Of a stretch of 32,000 nucleotides of DNA, positions 24,912 to 32,000 are shown in pieces. Both the position numbers and the translations under genes were made by a program. Source of the DNA: Pseudodesulfovibrio mercurii (GTDB lineage: Bacteria; Desulfobacterota; Desulfovibrionia; Desulfovibrionales; Desulfovibrionaceae); assembly GCF_000189295.2 (NCBI RefSeq), contig NC_016803.1, positions 1,170,001-1,202,000 on the forward strand. Reading direction: 5' to 3'. The first letter of the stretch is position 1; the number at the start of each line of letters is the position of its first letter. The notes beneath the pieces are model-generated. The model ran no database searches and was not told the DNA's origin. It saw only the letters and a list, made by a program, of their open reading frames with translations.

Positions 24912-25964
24912 CTAGGCGAACTGTTCCAGGAAACGGACGTCGTTCTCGAAGAACATGCGCAGGTCGTCGATGCCGTACTTGAGCATGGCCACGCGCTCGA
25001 CGCCGAGCCCGAAGGCGAAGCCCGTGTAGACCTCGGGGTCGTAGCCCACCGACTTGAACACGTTGGGATCGATCATGCCGCAGCCCAGAATCTCCACCCA
25101 GCCCGTGCCCTTGCACACGCGGCAGGGTTTGCCGTCCAGCTCGCCCTTGCCGCCGCACACGGCGCAGGAGATGTCCACCTCGGCGCTCGGTTCGGTGAAG
25201 GGGAAGAAGCTCGGCCGGAAGCGCACCTCGGTCTTGGGACCGAAGACCTTGCGCACGAAGACCGTCAGGGTGCCGCGCAGGTCGCCCATGGACACGTTCC
25301 TGTCGACCAGCAACCCCTCGATCTGGTGGAACATGGGGGTGTGGGTCAGGTCCGAGTCGCGACGGTAGACCTTGCCTGGGGCGATGACCGCCAGCGGCGG
25401 CTTGCCCGCGAGCATGCTGCGGATCTGCATGCCCGAGGTGTGGGTCCGGAGGACGATCTTGTCCGACACGTACAGGGTGTCCTGCATGTCCCGGGCCGGG
25501 TGGTCCGGGGGCATGTTCAGGGCCTCGAAGTTGTGCCAGTCGTTCTCCACCTCGGGACCGGCCACGTGGTCGAAGCCGAGCCCCACCAGGATGGAGGCGA
25601 TCTCCTCCATGACCAGGGTCACGGGGTGCAGGGAGCCGGCCCACGGCTTGCGGCCCGGCATGGAAGGATCGAAGCGGGACAGCGCCTGGTCGGCCTCGGC
25701 CGACTGCAGGGCGGCCTCCCACGAGTCCAGCAGGTCCGTGACGGCCTGCTTGACCTCGTTGGCCTTCTTGCCCGCGGCGGGCTTGTCGGCGTTGTCGAGC
25801 TTGCCGAGCCTGCCCATGATCTGGGCGAGCTTGCCCTTCCGGCCCAGGAACTCGATGCGGAGTTCCTCCAGTTCCTTCAACGAACAGGCCTGGCCCTTGC
25901 GCGATGCGCAATCCTGGGCCAGGCCGTCGAGTCCTTCCAGGAAGGACTTCAATTCACTACTCAC
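24912..25964 (-). CDS. pheS: phenylalanine--tRNA ligase alpha subunit
   Basis: 350 aa with class II aaRS motifs ([38 protein letters not shown]). The GTG start lies 3 nt after the rplT stop. Confidence 0.95.
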   Translation of the reverse strand: MSSELKSFLEGLDGLAQDCASRKGQACSLKELEELRIEFLGRKGKLAQIMGRLGKLDNADKPAAGKKANEVKQAVTDLLDSWEAALQSAEADQALSRFDPSMPGRKPWAGSLHPVTLVMEEIASILVGLGFDHVAGPEVENDWHNFEALNMPPDHPARDMQDTLYVSDKIVLRTHTSGMQIRSMLAGKPPLAVIAPGKVYRRDSDLTHTPMFHQIEGLLVDRNVSMGDLRGTLTVFVRKVFGPKTEVRFRPSFFPFTEPSAEVDISCAVCGGKGELDGKPCRVCKGTGWVEILGCGMIDPNVFKSVGYDPEVYTGFAFGLGVERVAMLKYGIDDLRMFFENDVRFLEQFA

Positions 25965-25967
25965 TGT

Positions 25968-26321
25968 CTAGCTCACTTTGGCCTTGGCTGCCTCTGCGAT
26001 CTTGGCGAACACCTGCGGGTCGCGCACGGCCATGTCCGCCAGCACCTTGCGGTTCAGCTCGATGCCGGCCTTCTTCAGGCCGTCCATCAGACGGCTGTAG
26101 GACATGCCGTTGATGCGGGCCGCCGCGTTGATGCGCATGATCCACAGCTTGCGGAACTCGCGCTTCTTGCGCTTGCGATCCTTGTAGGCATGGCACAGGG
26201 CCTTTTCCACGCGCTCACGGGCGGTGCGGTACAGGCGGGAACCCGCGCCGCGATAGCCCTTGGCCATTTTCAGATATTTGTTGTGACGCCGCTTGGCGGC
26301 AACTCCACGCTTGACTCTCAT
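25968..26321 (-). CDS. rplT: 50S ribosomal protein L20
   Basis: 117 aa starting [30 protein letters not shown] Shine-Dalgarno. Confidence 0.95.
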   Translation of the reverse strand: MRVKRGVAAKRRHNKYLKMAKGYRGAGSRLYRTARERVEKALCHAYKDRKRKKREFRKLWIMRINAAARINGMSYSRLMDGLKKAGIELNRKVLADMAVRDPQVFAKIAEAAKAKVS

Positions 26322-26505
26322 GGTAAAACCTCCATCGCTTCGATGAACCTCCCGGGCCGGACGGACTCCCCCGACGAGGTGGATAGCTTTTAAGGGTTAA
26401 TGGAAATCAACGGACATCTCGACTGGGCGCTGCCGACGCACGTGCGAACCGGGGAACTCCCCCGCCTCTCTTGTGACGCCGCCGGAGGGCCATATCAGGC
26501 GGATG

Positions 26506-26703
26506 CTAGCCGTTGGGCAACTGACGTCGGACAGCCTTCATGTTCGCGGTGTCCACGGTAGTGGACTGGCCGAGGCGACGCTTCCTCTTGGCATTCTTCT
26601 TGGTCAGAATGTGCCGGAGATTCTTGCGACGACGCTTGAACTTGCCGGTAGCGGTCTGGGAAAACCGCTTGGCGGCCGCACGGCGGGTTTTGATCTTGGG
26701 CAT
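26506..26703 (-). CDS. rpmI: 50S ribosomal protein L35
   Basis: 65 aa starting MPKIKTRRAAAKRF..TATGKFKRRR. Confidence 0.92.
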   Translation of the reverse strand: MPKIKTRRAAAKRFSQTATGKFKRRRKNLRHILTKKNAKRKRRLGQSTTVDTANMKAVRRQLPNG

Positions 26704-26744
26704 GGTATCCTCCTAGAACGGGACCGGGGTCCCGACTCAAGTCT

Positions 26745-27293
26745 CTATTTTTTCACCGGAGCAAGCATCATGGTCATGGTCCGTCCTTCCGCCATGGGCT
26801 TGCTCTCGACTTTGGCTAAATCTTGCGTGTCCACCACGACCCGTTCGAGCACAGCCAGCCCGCGGTCCTTGTGGACAATCTCGCGTCCCCGGAAGAAGAT
26901 GGTCACCTTGCAGCGATCGCCGCCTTCCAGAAACTTGACGATGTTCTTGAGCTTGGTCTGGTAATCGTGCTCATCGGTCTTGGGCCGGAACTTGACTTCC
27001 TTGATCTTGATGACGGTCTGTTTCTTCTTTGCTTCCTGCAACTTTTTCTGCTGCTGGTACTTGAACTTACCGTAATCCATGATCTTGCAGACCGGCGGGT
27101 CGGCGTTGGGCGCGACCTCGACGAGGTCCAGGCCCTTTTCCCGTGCGCGATCAAGCGCGTCGCGGGTTGCCATGACACCAAGCTGCTCGCCGTCATCATC
27201 CACGACCCGCACCTTGGGGATGCGAATCCTTTCGTTGCGCCGGACCAGGTCTTCCCTCTTCTGGTCCCGGCGGATGTTACCCCGAAAAGCTAT
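26745..27293 (-). CDS. infC: translation initiation factor IF-3 with a probable non-canonical AUA start
   Basis: The track gives only 26745..27212 (GTG). The conserved IF-3 N-terminus (RRNERIRIPKVRVVDDDGEQLG) extends upstream of that GTG. The frame is closed by TGA at 27299-27297. ATA at 27293-27291 has AGGAGG 8 nt upstream. No ATG, GTG or TTG is available in that interval. Confidence 0.8.
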   Translation of the reverse strand: MAFRGNIRRDQKREDLVRRNERIRIPKVRVVDDDGEQLGVMATRDALDRAREKGLDLVEVAPNADPPVCKIMDYGKFKYQQQKKLQEAKKKQTVIKIKEVKFRPKTDEHDYQTKLKNIVKFLEGGDRCKVTIFFRGREIVHKDRGLAVLERVVVDTQDLAKVESKPMAEGRTMTMMLAPVKK

Positions 27294-29214
27294 AGCTCAT
27301 TCCTCCTGCTTTGAAGGGCGCCTTTGCAGCCTCCAGGATCAGCTGCGCGGCTTCCTCCAGTGTCACCATCCCGGGGTCCTCTCCGTCTCGTGAACGGATA
27401 TTGACGCACCCGGCCTCAACCTCTTTGTCACCGATTACCAACATGTACGGGACCTTCTCGACCTGAGCTTCCCGTATCTTGTAACCGAGCTTCTCGTTGC
27501 GGGTGTCCGCTTCGACGCGGATGCCCTTGGAAACGAGGAACGCCTCGGCTTTCTTCATGAAATCCAGTTGCGCGTCGGTCACGTTCAGCAAACGTGCCTG
27601 CACGGGCGCCAGCCAGACAGGATACGCACCTGCACAGTGCTCCGTCAAGACGCCGATGAAGCGTTCGATGGAGCCGAGCATGGCGCGATGGATCATCACG
27701 GGCCGGTGCCTCTCACCGTCCTCGCCGACATATACTATGTCAAAGCGCTCTGGCAAGGTGAAATCCACTTGAATCGTGCCGCATTGCCAGCTTCTTCCGA
27801 TGGAGTCGCGCAGGTGGAAATCGATCTTCGGGCCGTAGAACGCGCCGTCGCCTTCGTTGATGGCGTAGGGCATGCCCGATTTGTCCAGCGCCTGGCGCAG
27901 TCCCTCGGTGGCCAGTTCCCAGTCCTCGTCCGTGCCGATGGACTTGGCGGGCCGGGTGGACAGCTCCACGTCGAACTCGTAGTTGAACAGGGCGTAGATG
28001 TCCTTGTAGAACTTGATCAGGTTGAGGATTTCCTCCTCCACCTGGTCGGGGCGGCAGATGAGGTGCGCATCGTCCTGGGTGAAGGTGCGCACGCGCATGA
28101 GACCGTGGAGCACGCCGGACTTCTCGTGGCGGTGGACCACGCCCAGCTCGAAGTAGCGCTGGGGCAGGTCGCGGTAGCTCATGATCTTTCTCTTATAGAT
28201 GATCATGTGCGCCAGGCAGTTCATGGGCTTGATGCCGTAGGCCTGCTCGTCGATCTCCGTGAAGTACATGTTCTCGCGGTAGTTGTCGTAGTGGCCGGAC
28301 TTCTCCCACAGCTCGCGCTTGAGGATGATCGGACCCTGGACCAGGTCATAGCCGCGCTTGAGGTGCTCCTTGCGCTCGAAGTCCTCGAGAATGGCGCGCA
28401 GGAGCATGCCGCGCGGGTGCCACAGGGACATGCCCGGGCCGACCTCGTCGCTGAAGGAGAACAGGTCGAGCTGCTTGCCAAGCTTGCGGTGGTCGCGCTT
28501 CTTGGCCTCTTCCAGGCGGTTCAGGTACTGCTTGAGGGCCTTGGGGTCCTCCCAGGCGGTGCCGTAGATGCGCTGGAGCTGCTTATTCTTCTCGTCGCCG
28601 CGCCAGTAGGCCCCGGCCACGGAGAGCAGCTTGAAGGCCTTGATCTGGCCGGTGCGGGCCACGTGCGGGCCGCGGCACAGGTCGGCGAAATCGCCGTGGG
28701 TGTAGATGGAAAATTCGTCGCCGCCCAGGTCGTCCATGATCTCGGACTTGTAGGTCTCGCCCTTGGCCTCGAACATCTTCTTGGCCTCGGCCTTGGACAT
28801 GACCGTGCGCACGAACGGCTTGTCCGCGCCCACGGAGGAGAGCATCTCCTTCTCGATGGCCTCCAGGTCCTCGGGCGTGAACGGGCGCTCGTAGTCGAAA
28901 TCGTAGTAGAAGCCGTCGGTGATGGCCGGACCGATGGTCACCTTGGCCGTGGGGAACAGCTTCTTGACGGCCTCGGCCATGACGTGGGCCGCGGAGTGAC
29001 GGATGATCTTGAGCCCTTCCTCGCTGTCCGCGAAGACGGGCTCGATGGTAGTGCAGGTCTCGGTAACGGGGGTGGACAGGTCCAGGATCGCATCGCCGCA
29101 CTTGACGGCCACGACGTTCTTGAACTGTTTCTTGGACAGCCCTTCCTTCAGGGCGTCGGCGCAGGAGGCGCCGTCGGCCACTTCAACCTGTTTACCGGAG
29201 ATTTCCACTTGCAC
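27277..29214 (-). CDS. thrS: threonine--tRNA ligase
   Basis: It has TGS, second-additional, class II core and anticodon-binding domains (HSAAHVM, RGPH, FHLRDSIGRSWQCGTIQ). I prefer GTG 29214 (VQVEISGKQVEV, GGGAGA Shine-Dalgarno) over the track's upstream ATG 29343. Confidence 0.9.
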   Translation of the reverse strand: MQVEISGKQVEVADGASCADALKEGLSKKQFKNVVAVKCGDAILDLSTPVTETCTTIEPVFADSEEGLKIIRHSAAHVMAEAVKKLFPTAKVTIGPAITDGFYYDFDYERPFTPEDLEAIEKEMLSSVGADKPFVRTVMSKAEAKKMFEAKGETYKSEIMDDLGGDEFSIYTHGDFADLCRGPHVARTGQIKAFKLLSVAGAYWRGDEKNKQLQRIYGTAWEDPKALKQYLNRLEEAKKRDHRKLGKQLDLFSFSDEVGPGMSLWHPRGMLLRAILEDFERKEHLKRGYDLVQGPIILKRELWEKSGHYDNYRENMYFTEIDEQAYGIKPMNCLAHMIIYKRKIMSYRDLPQRYFELGVVHRHEKSGVLHGLMRVRTFTQDDAHLICRPDQVEEEILNLIKFYKDIYALFNYEFDVELSTRPAKSIGTDEDWELATEGLRQALDKSGMPYAINEGDGAFYGPKIDFHLRDSIGRSWQCGTIQVDFTLPERFDIVYVGEDGERHRPVMIHRAMLGSIERFIGVLTEHCAGAYPVWLAPVQARLLNVTDAQLDFMKKAEAFLVSKGIRVEADTRNEKLGYKIREAQVEKVPYMLVIGDKEVEAGCVNIRSRDGEDPGMVTLEEAAQLILEAAKAPFKAGGMSYSFSG

Positions 29215-29314
29215 TTCAGCTCTCCCTGACCGGCGACACGCCGGGTCCTTGTGGCGCGTCGGGCGCGCCGTGAAACATTTCCTGATCCGCCGGGCGGCCA
29301 GGTCCATCCCAGGC

Positions 29315-29343
29315 AAAGTAGGAACGGAACCCGTCTCCGTCAA
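29315..29343 (-). promoter_or_regulatory. possible sigma-70 promoter for thrS
   Basis: The minus strand reads TTGACG, 17 nt, TACTTT, about 100 nt upstream of the thrS GTG and downstream of the tRNA terminator. Confidence 0.35.
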
Positions 29344-29384
29344 TGGGACATCGTCCCGGCCCGACGGTTTTCACCGCTTCCACG

Positions 29385-29418
29385 AAAAAATAGAAGGGAG
29401 GCCACTAGGCCTCCCTTC
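29385..29418 (-). terminator. rho-independent terminator after tRNA-Val
   Basis: On the minus strand: GAAGGGAGGCC-TAGT-GGCCTCCCTTC followed by TATTTTTT. Confidence 0.7.
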
Positions 29419-29429
29419 CGGGGATGTTC

Positions 29430-29504
29430 TGGTAGGCGCGGAGGGATTTGAACCCACGACCCTTTGCACGTCAAGCAAATGCTCTCCCCCTGAGCTACGC
29501 GCCT
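29430..29504 (-). tRNA. tRNA-Val (anticodon GAC)
   Basis: The minus strand reads AGGCGCGTAGCTCAGGGGGAGAGCATTTGCTTGACGTGCAAAGGGTCGTGGGTTCAAATCCCTCCGCGCCTACCA. It folds as a 75-nt cloverleaf with a 7-bp acceptor stem, a GCTC/GAGC D-stem and anticodon loop TTGACGT. The T-loop is GTTCAAATC and the CCA is encoded. One U-U mismatch occurs in the T-stem. Confidence 0.9.
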
Positions 29505-29526
29505 TCTCGTTGAAGCGGAGTGAATA

Positions 29527-29553
29527 ACTATATGGGGGTCGGTCGGATGTCAA
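29527..29553 (-). promoter_or_regulatory. possible sigma-70 promoter for tRNA-Val
   Basis: The minus strand reads TTGACA, 15 nt, TATAGT, ending about 22 nt upstream of the mature tRNA 5' end. The spacer is short. Confidence 0.4.
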
Positions 29554-29683
29554 GCACGATATTCGGATTTTTTCATTTTTCACGTCCGTTGCCCGGCCCC
29601 CGTTGCACGACCGGCGGCCCGGCCCTATAGTGGTCCCACAGACCTGTCCCGAAACCCCTTCGGACGAAACCAAAGGACGAGCC

Positions 29684-30409
29684 ATGACCACCCGATCCGA
29701 CGAACAGCACATCGCCCTCTTCATCGACGCGGACAACGCCCCGGCCAAGTTCATCGAGTTCATCCTGACCGACCTGGCCAAGTACGGCTCCCTGGCCATC
29801 CGCCGGGCCTACGGCAACTGGAAGAACGAGTACCTCAAGGGGTGGGAGGAATGTCTCTTCGACAAGGCCATTCAGCCCGTGCAGCAGTTCGACATGACCA
29901 AGGGCAAGAACGCCACGGACATGGCCATGACCATCGACGCCATGGACATCCTCTACCAGAAGGACATCGGCGTGTTCGGCCTGGTCTCGTCGGACTGCGA
30001 CTTCGCGCCCCTGGCCACCCGGCTGCGCGCCGAGGGCAAGACCGTGGTCGGCTACGGCTCCAGGCAGACCCCGGAGGCGTTCACCAACGCCTGCTCCACC
30101 TTCTCCTACCTGGACGACAAACCCCAGGACCAGCCCGAGGCGCAGCCCAAGCCCATGGACGCGAACACCCTCAAGGGCGACACCCGGCTGATGAACCTGC
30201 TGCGCAACACCATCGAGGCGTGCGCGGACGACGACGGATGGGCGCTTATGGGCCGCATCGGGCAGCACATCCGCAACCACTCCTCCTTCGACCCCCGGAA
30301 CTACGGCTACAAGCGGCTGTCCGACCTGTTCGAGGCCATCGACCTGTTCGAGGTCCGGCAGGCGAGGGGCGGCCACAAGAGCGTCCGGGACAGGAAGCGC
30401 AAGGCCTGA
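29684..30409 (+). CDS. NYN-domain (LabA/PIN-like) protein with a C-terminal OST-HTH/LOTUS domain
   Basis: The start is MTTRSDEQHIALFIDADNA (AAGGA Shine-Dalgarno). NYN acidic motifs are present (FIDADN, GKNATDMAM, LVSSDCDF). The C-terminus LLRNTIEACADDDGWALMGRIGQHIRNHSSFDPRNYGYKRLSDLFEAIDLFEV is LOTUS-like. Confidence 0.8.
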   Translation: MTTRSDEQHIALFIDADNAPAKFIEFILTDLAKYGSLAIRRAYGNWKNEYLKGWEECLFDKAIQPVQQFDMTKGKNATDMAMTIDAMDILYQKDIGVFGLVSSDCDFAPLATRLRAEGKTVVGYGSRQTPEAFTNACSTFSYLDDKPQDQPEAQPKPMDANTLKGDTRLMNLLRNTIEACADDDGWALMGRIGQHIRNHSSFDPRNYGYKRLSDLFEAIDLFEVRQARGGHKSVRDRKRKA

Positions 30410-30453
30410 TCGACAACCGCCCCGGCGGGCACGCGGCCCGCAAAGGAACAACC

Positions 30454-30858
30454 ATGCTCCCCAAGACGATCTCCCCCACCATCGTGGTCGAGGACCTGGC
30501 CCCGGCCCGGACCTTCTACACCACCCATCTCGACGGCCGCCTGATCTTCGACTGCGGCTGGTACATCGGCCTGCAGTTCGGGCAAGGCGGCCCCACCCTG
30601 CACTTCATGCAGCCGAAGTCCCCGGACCAGCCGGTCTACGGCGGCGGCGGCCTGACCTACAACCTCCTGCTGGCGGACGCGGCCGCAGTCGAACGGGCCC
30701 ACGAGCGCGTCGCGGCGGCCGGGCTGCCCTTGGTCATGCCCCTCGAAGACCACCCCTGGGGCGACCGGGGCTTCTGCACCCTCGATCCCTACGGCGTGGC
30801 CCTCTACGTCTACGTGGAGATCGAGCCGAGCGAGGAGTTCCGGCAGTATTTTCTGTAG
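30454..30858 (+). CDS. VOC-family (glyoxalase/bleomycin-resistance fold) protein
   Basis: 134 aa starting at the MLPKTISPTIVVEDL... ATG (AAGGAA Shine-Dalgarno). The C-terminal DHPWGDRGFCTLDPYGVALYVY is typical of the VOC beta-alpha-beta-beta-beta fold. Confidence 0.7.
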   Translation: MLPKTISPTIVVEDLAPARTFYTTHLDGRLIFDCGWYIGLQFGQGGPTLHFMQPKSPDQPVYGGGGLTYNLLLADAAAVERAHERVAAAGLPLVMPLEDHPWGDRGFCTLDPYGVALYVYVEIEPSEEFRQYFL

Positions 30859-30869
30859 ATCGGACCGAC

Positions 30870-30905
30870 AAAAAAAGCCGCCCTCTCGGGCGGCTTCGTC
30901 TTTCC
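30870..30905. terminator. bidirectional terminator between convergent genes
   Basis: AAAAAAA-GCCGCCC-TCTC-GGGCGGC-TTCGTCTTT. The U-tract is better on the minus strand. Confidence 0.6.
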
Positions 30906-30921
30906 GGGTGGGACGGGGCGG

Positions 30922-31611
30922 CTAGCCCAGGTCGTCCAGGGCGATGCGGGCCAGTTCGCCCACCGTGGTGTCGATGAGCTCGCGGTGGTGGAAGGTGCGG
31001 ATCGGGGTCGAGTCGGCGCGGAGGGCTTCGAGTCCGTCCCTGGCGCCCTCGGCCTTGATGAGCCCGAGCACGCGGGCCGCGTAGGCGCGGTTGTAGGCGT
31101 CGGGGTCCTCCAGGGCGACCATGAGAAATTTCTCGCCGTGGGCCACGAACTCGGGCCGGTACTCGGCCAGGCGGGCCAGCCCCCAGAGCACGTCGCGCCG
31201 GAGTTCCGGGTGATCCAGGAAGTTGCCGTCGCACTCCTCGTCGCAGAAGATGTAGGAGACCAGAATCTTGGAAAATTCCTTGGCGATGCGCTCGCTGTTG
31301 ACCATGGCCTCGGCCATGAACAGGGGGATGCCCCAGCCCAGGTTGCCGGACTCCTCGTTCATATACCACATGAGGGTGCGCATGATGATCCGGGCCTTTT
31401 CCATGGAGGCCTCGGCCATGCGGGCGGCGGTCAGGCCGAAGGCCGTGACCGAGTGCCAGCGCACGGTCTCCAGCCGGTCCAGGCGCAGGTTGAGGAGCGG
31501 CGGGACCAGGTCCACGGGGCGGAATTCGTCCAGCTCGGCGAGGCGTATCTGCCAATCGTCGTCAGCCAGGATGTCATGGACGGTCTTCTTGACGCTGCGA
31601 AAACGGGACAT
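30922..31611 (-). CDS. HEAT/armadillo-like hypothetical protein (resembles proteins I recall being labelled 'DVU0298 family')
   Basis: 229 aa starting at MSRFRSVKK (GGAGGAA Shine-Dalgarno). It looks all-helical and repeat-like with GC3-rich codons. The family name comes from memory only. Confidence 0.55.
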   Translation of the reverse strand: MSRFRSVKKTVHDILADDDWQIRLAELDEFRPVDLVPPLLNLRLDRLETVRWHSVTAFGLTAARMAEASMEKARIIMRTLMWYMNEESGNLGWGIPLFMAEAMVNSERIAKEFSKILVSYIFCDEECDGNFLDHPELRRDVLWGLARLAEYRPEFVAHGEKFLMVALEDPDAYNRAYAARVLGLIKAEGARDGLEALRADSTPIRTFHHRELIDTTVGELARIALDDLG

Positions 31612-31695
31612 GCTTCCTCCGATGCAAAAGGGGGCCGTCAAGCGACAGCCCCCTCAATATAATCATCTTTGCGGGATGGGCAACGAAAACAAGCA

Positions 31696-32000
31696 TCAGT
31701 TGCCGGACTTCTCCTCCACTTCCCGCTTGAAGTCCTCGGGCACGTCGAAGCCCGATTCCTCGGCCTTCCTGATGCACACGGCGGCCTCGCCCCAGTTGCC
31801 GCGCTCGGCCTCGATGATCGCCTTGTTGTTCCAGCCGGGGCCGAAGTGGGCGTGCTTTTCGAGCAGGGTCTTGAGGAGCTTGTCCGCCTCCTCGAAGTCG
31901 TTCATGGCGATGAGCACGCTGGACATGGTCGCCTGGGCCTGGGCGAAGTCGGGATCGAGCTTCAGGGCCTTTTTCAGGGACTTGTGCGCCTTGTCGTTGT
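31696..32000 (-). CDS. TPR-repeat protein, C-terminal part (start lies beyond the window end)
   Basis: The frame stays open upstream of the track's Met (…NDKAHKSLKKALKLDPDFAQAQATMSSVLIAMNDFEEADKLL…) and is TPR-like. Confidence 0.7.
   Translation of the reverse strand, partial: NDKAHKSLKKALKLDPDFAQAQATMSSVLIAMNDFEEADKLLKTLLEKHAHFGPGWNNKAIIEAERGNWGEAAVCIRKAEESGFDVPEDFKREVEEKSGN

Noticed and set aside
29215-29384. A T-box or tRNA-mimic operator in the thrS leader, and a pheM-type attenuator upstream of pheS.
   Set aside because: I found no T-box consensus or specifier/antiterminator arrangement in the thrS leader. pheS starts 3 nt after rplT, so there is no room for a leader peptide or attenuator.
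1-32000. A defence system, prophage, integrative element or toxin-antitoxin cluster.
   Set aside because: No integrase, transposase, restriction/modification, Cas, abortive-infection or phage structural signatures appear in any frame. All confident genes are core metabolic, translation, flagellar or envelope functions, with uniform codon usage by eye and no clear compositional break.

Overview
This is a GC-rich chromosomal segment with a strong GC3 bias, which produces many long antisense 'shadow' ORFs. Gene content looks like a sulfate-reducing deltaproteobacterium of the Desulfovibrio type; that assignment is an inference from gene families only. Almost everything here is core housekeeping. 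In order: purA (partial, missing from the ORF track), a small hypothetical, an sCache-type methyl-accepting chemotaxis protein, a stand-alone AICAR transformylase, a SemiSWEET-like protein, an RNB-family exoribonuclease, plsY, a CDF metal exporter, a small membrane protein and a long-form hflX. These are followed by a stand-alone IMP cyclohydrolase, a TPR protein, the flagellar cluster flgB-flgC-fliE-fliF-fliG-fliH-fliI and a convergent asmA-family gene preceded by a small MerR regulator. Next comes the conserved translation cluster thrS-infC-rpmI-rplT-pheS-pheT (minus strand) with tRNA-Val(GAC) upstream. The window ends with an NYN/LOTUS protein, a VOC-fold protein, a HEAT-like hypothetical and a partial TPR gene. 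I found no defence island, prophage, CRISPR array, integrase or transposase, and no convincing novel multi-gene system. The unusual signals are all non-coding. (1) A 310-bp element bounded by perfect 20-bp terminal inverted repeats lies between pheT and merR. A 117-bp near-identical partial copy sits between pheS and pheT and supplies the pheT Shine-Dalgarno; both copies carry a 24-bp GA/CT hairpin with G-quadruplex potential. (2) A divergent pair of sigma-54 promoters lies between the TPR gene and flgB. (3) The spacer upstream of hflX is heavily structured. (4) The spacers at 11919-12377 and between rpmI and rplT are unusually long. (5) infC appears to start at AUA, overlapping the thrS stop. 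(6) purH is split into two distant genes.
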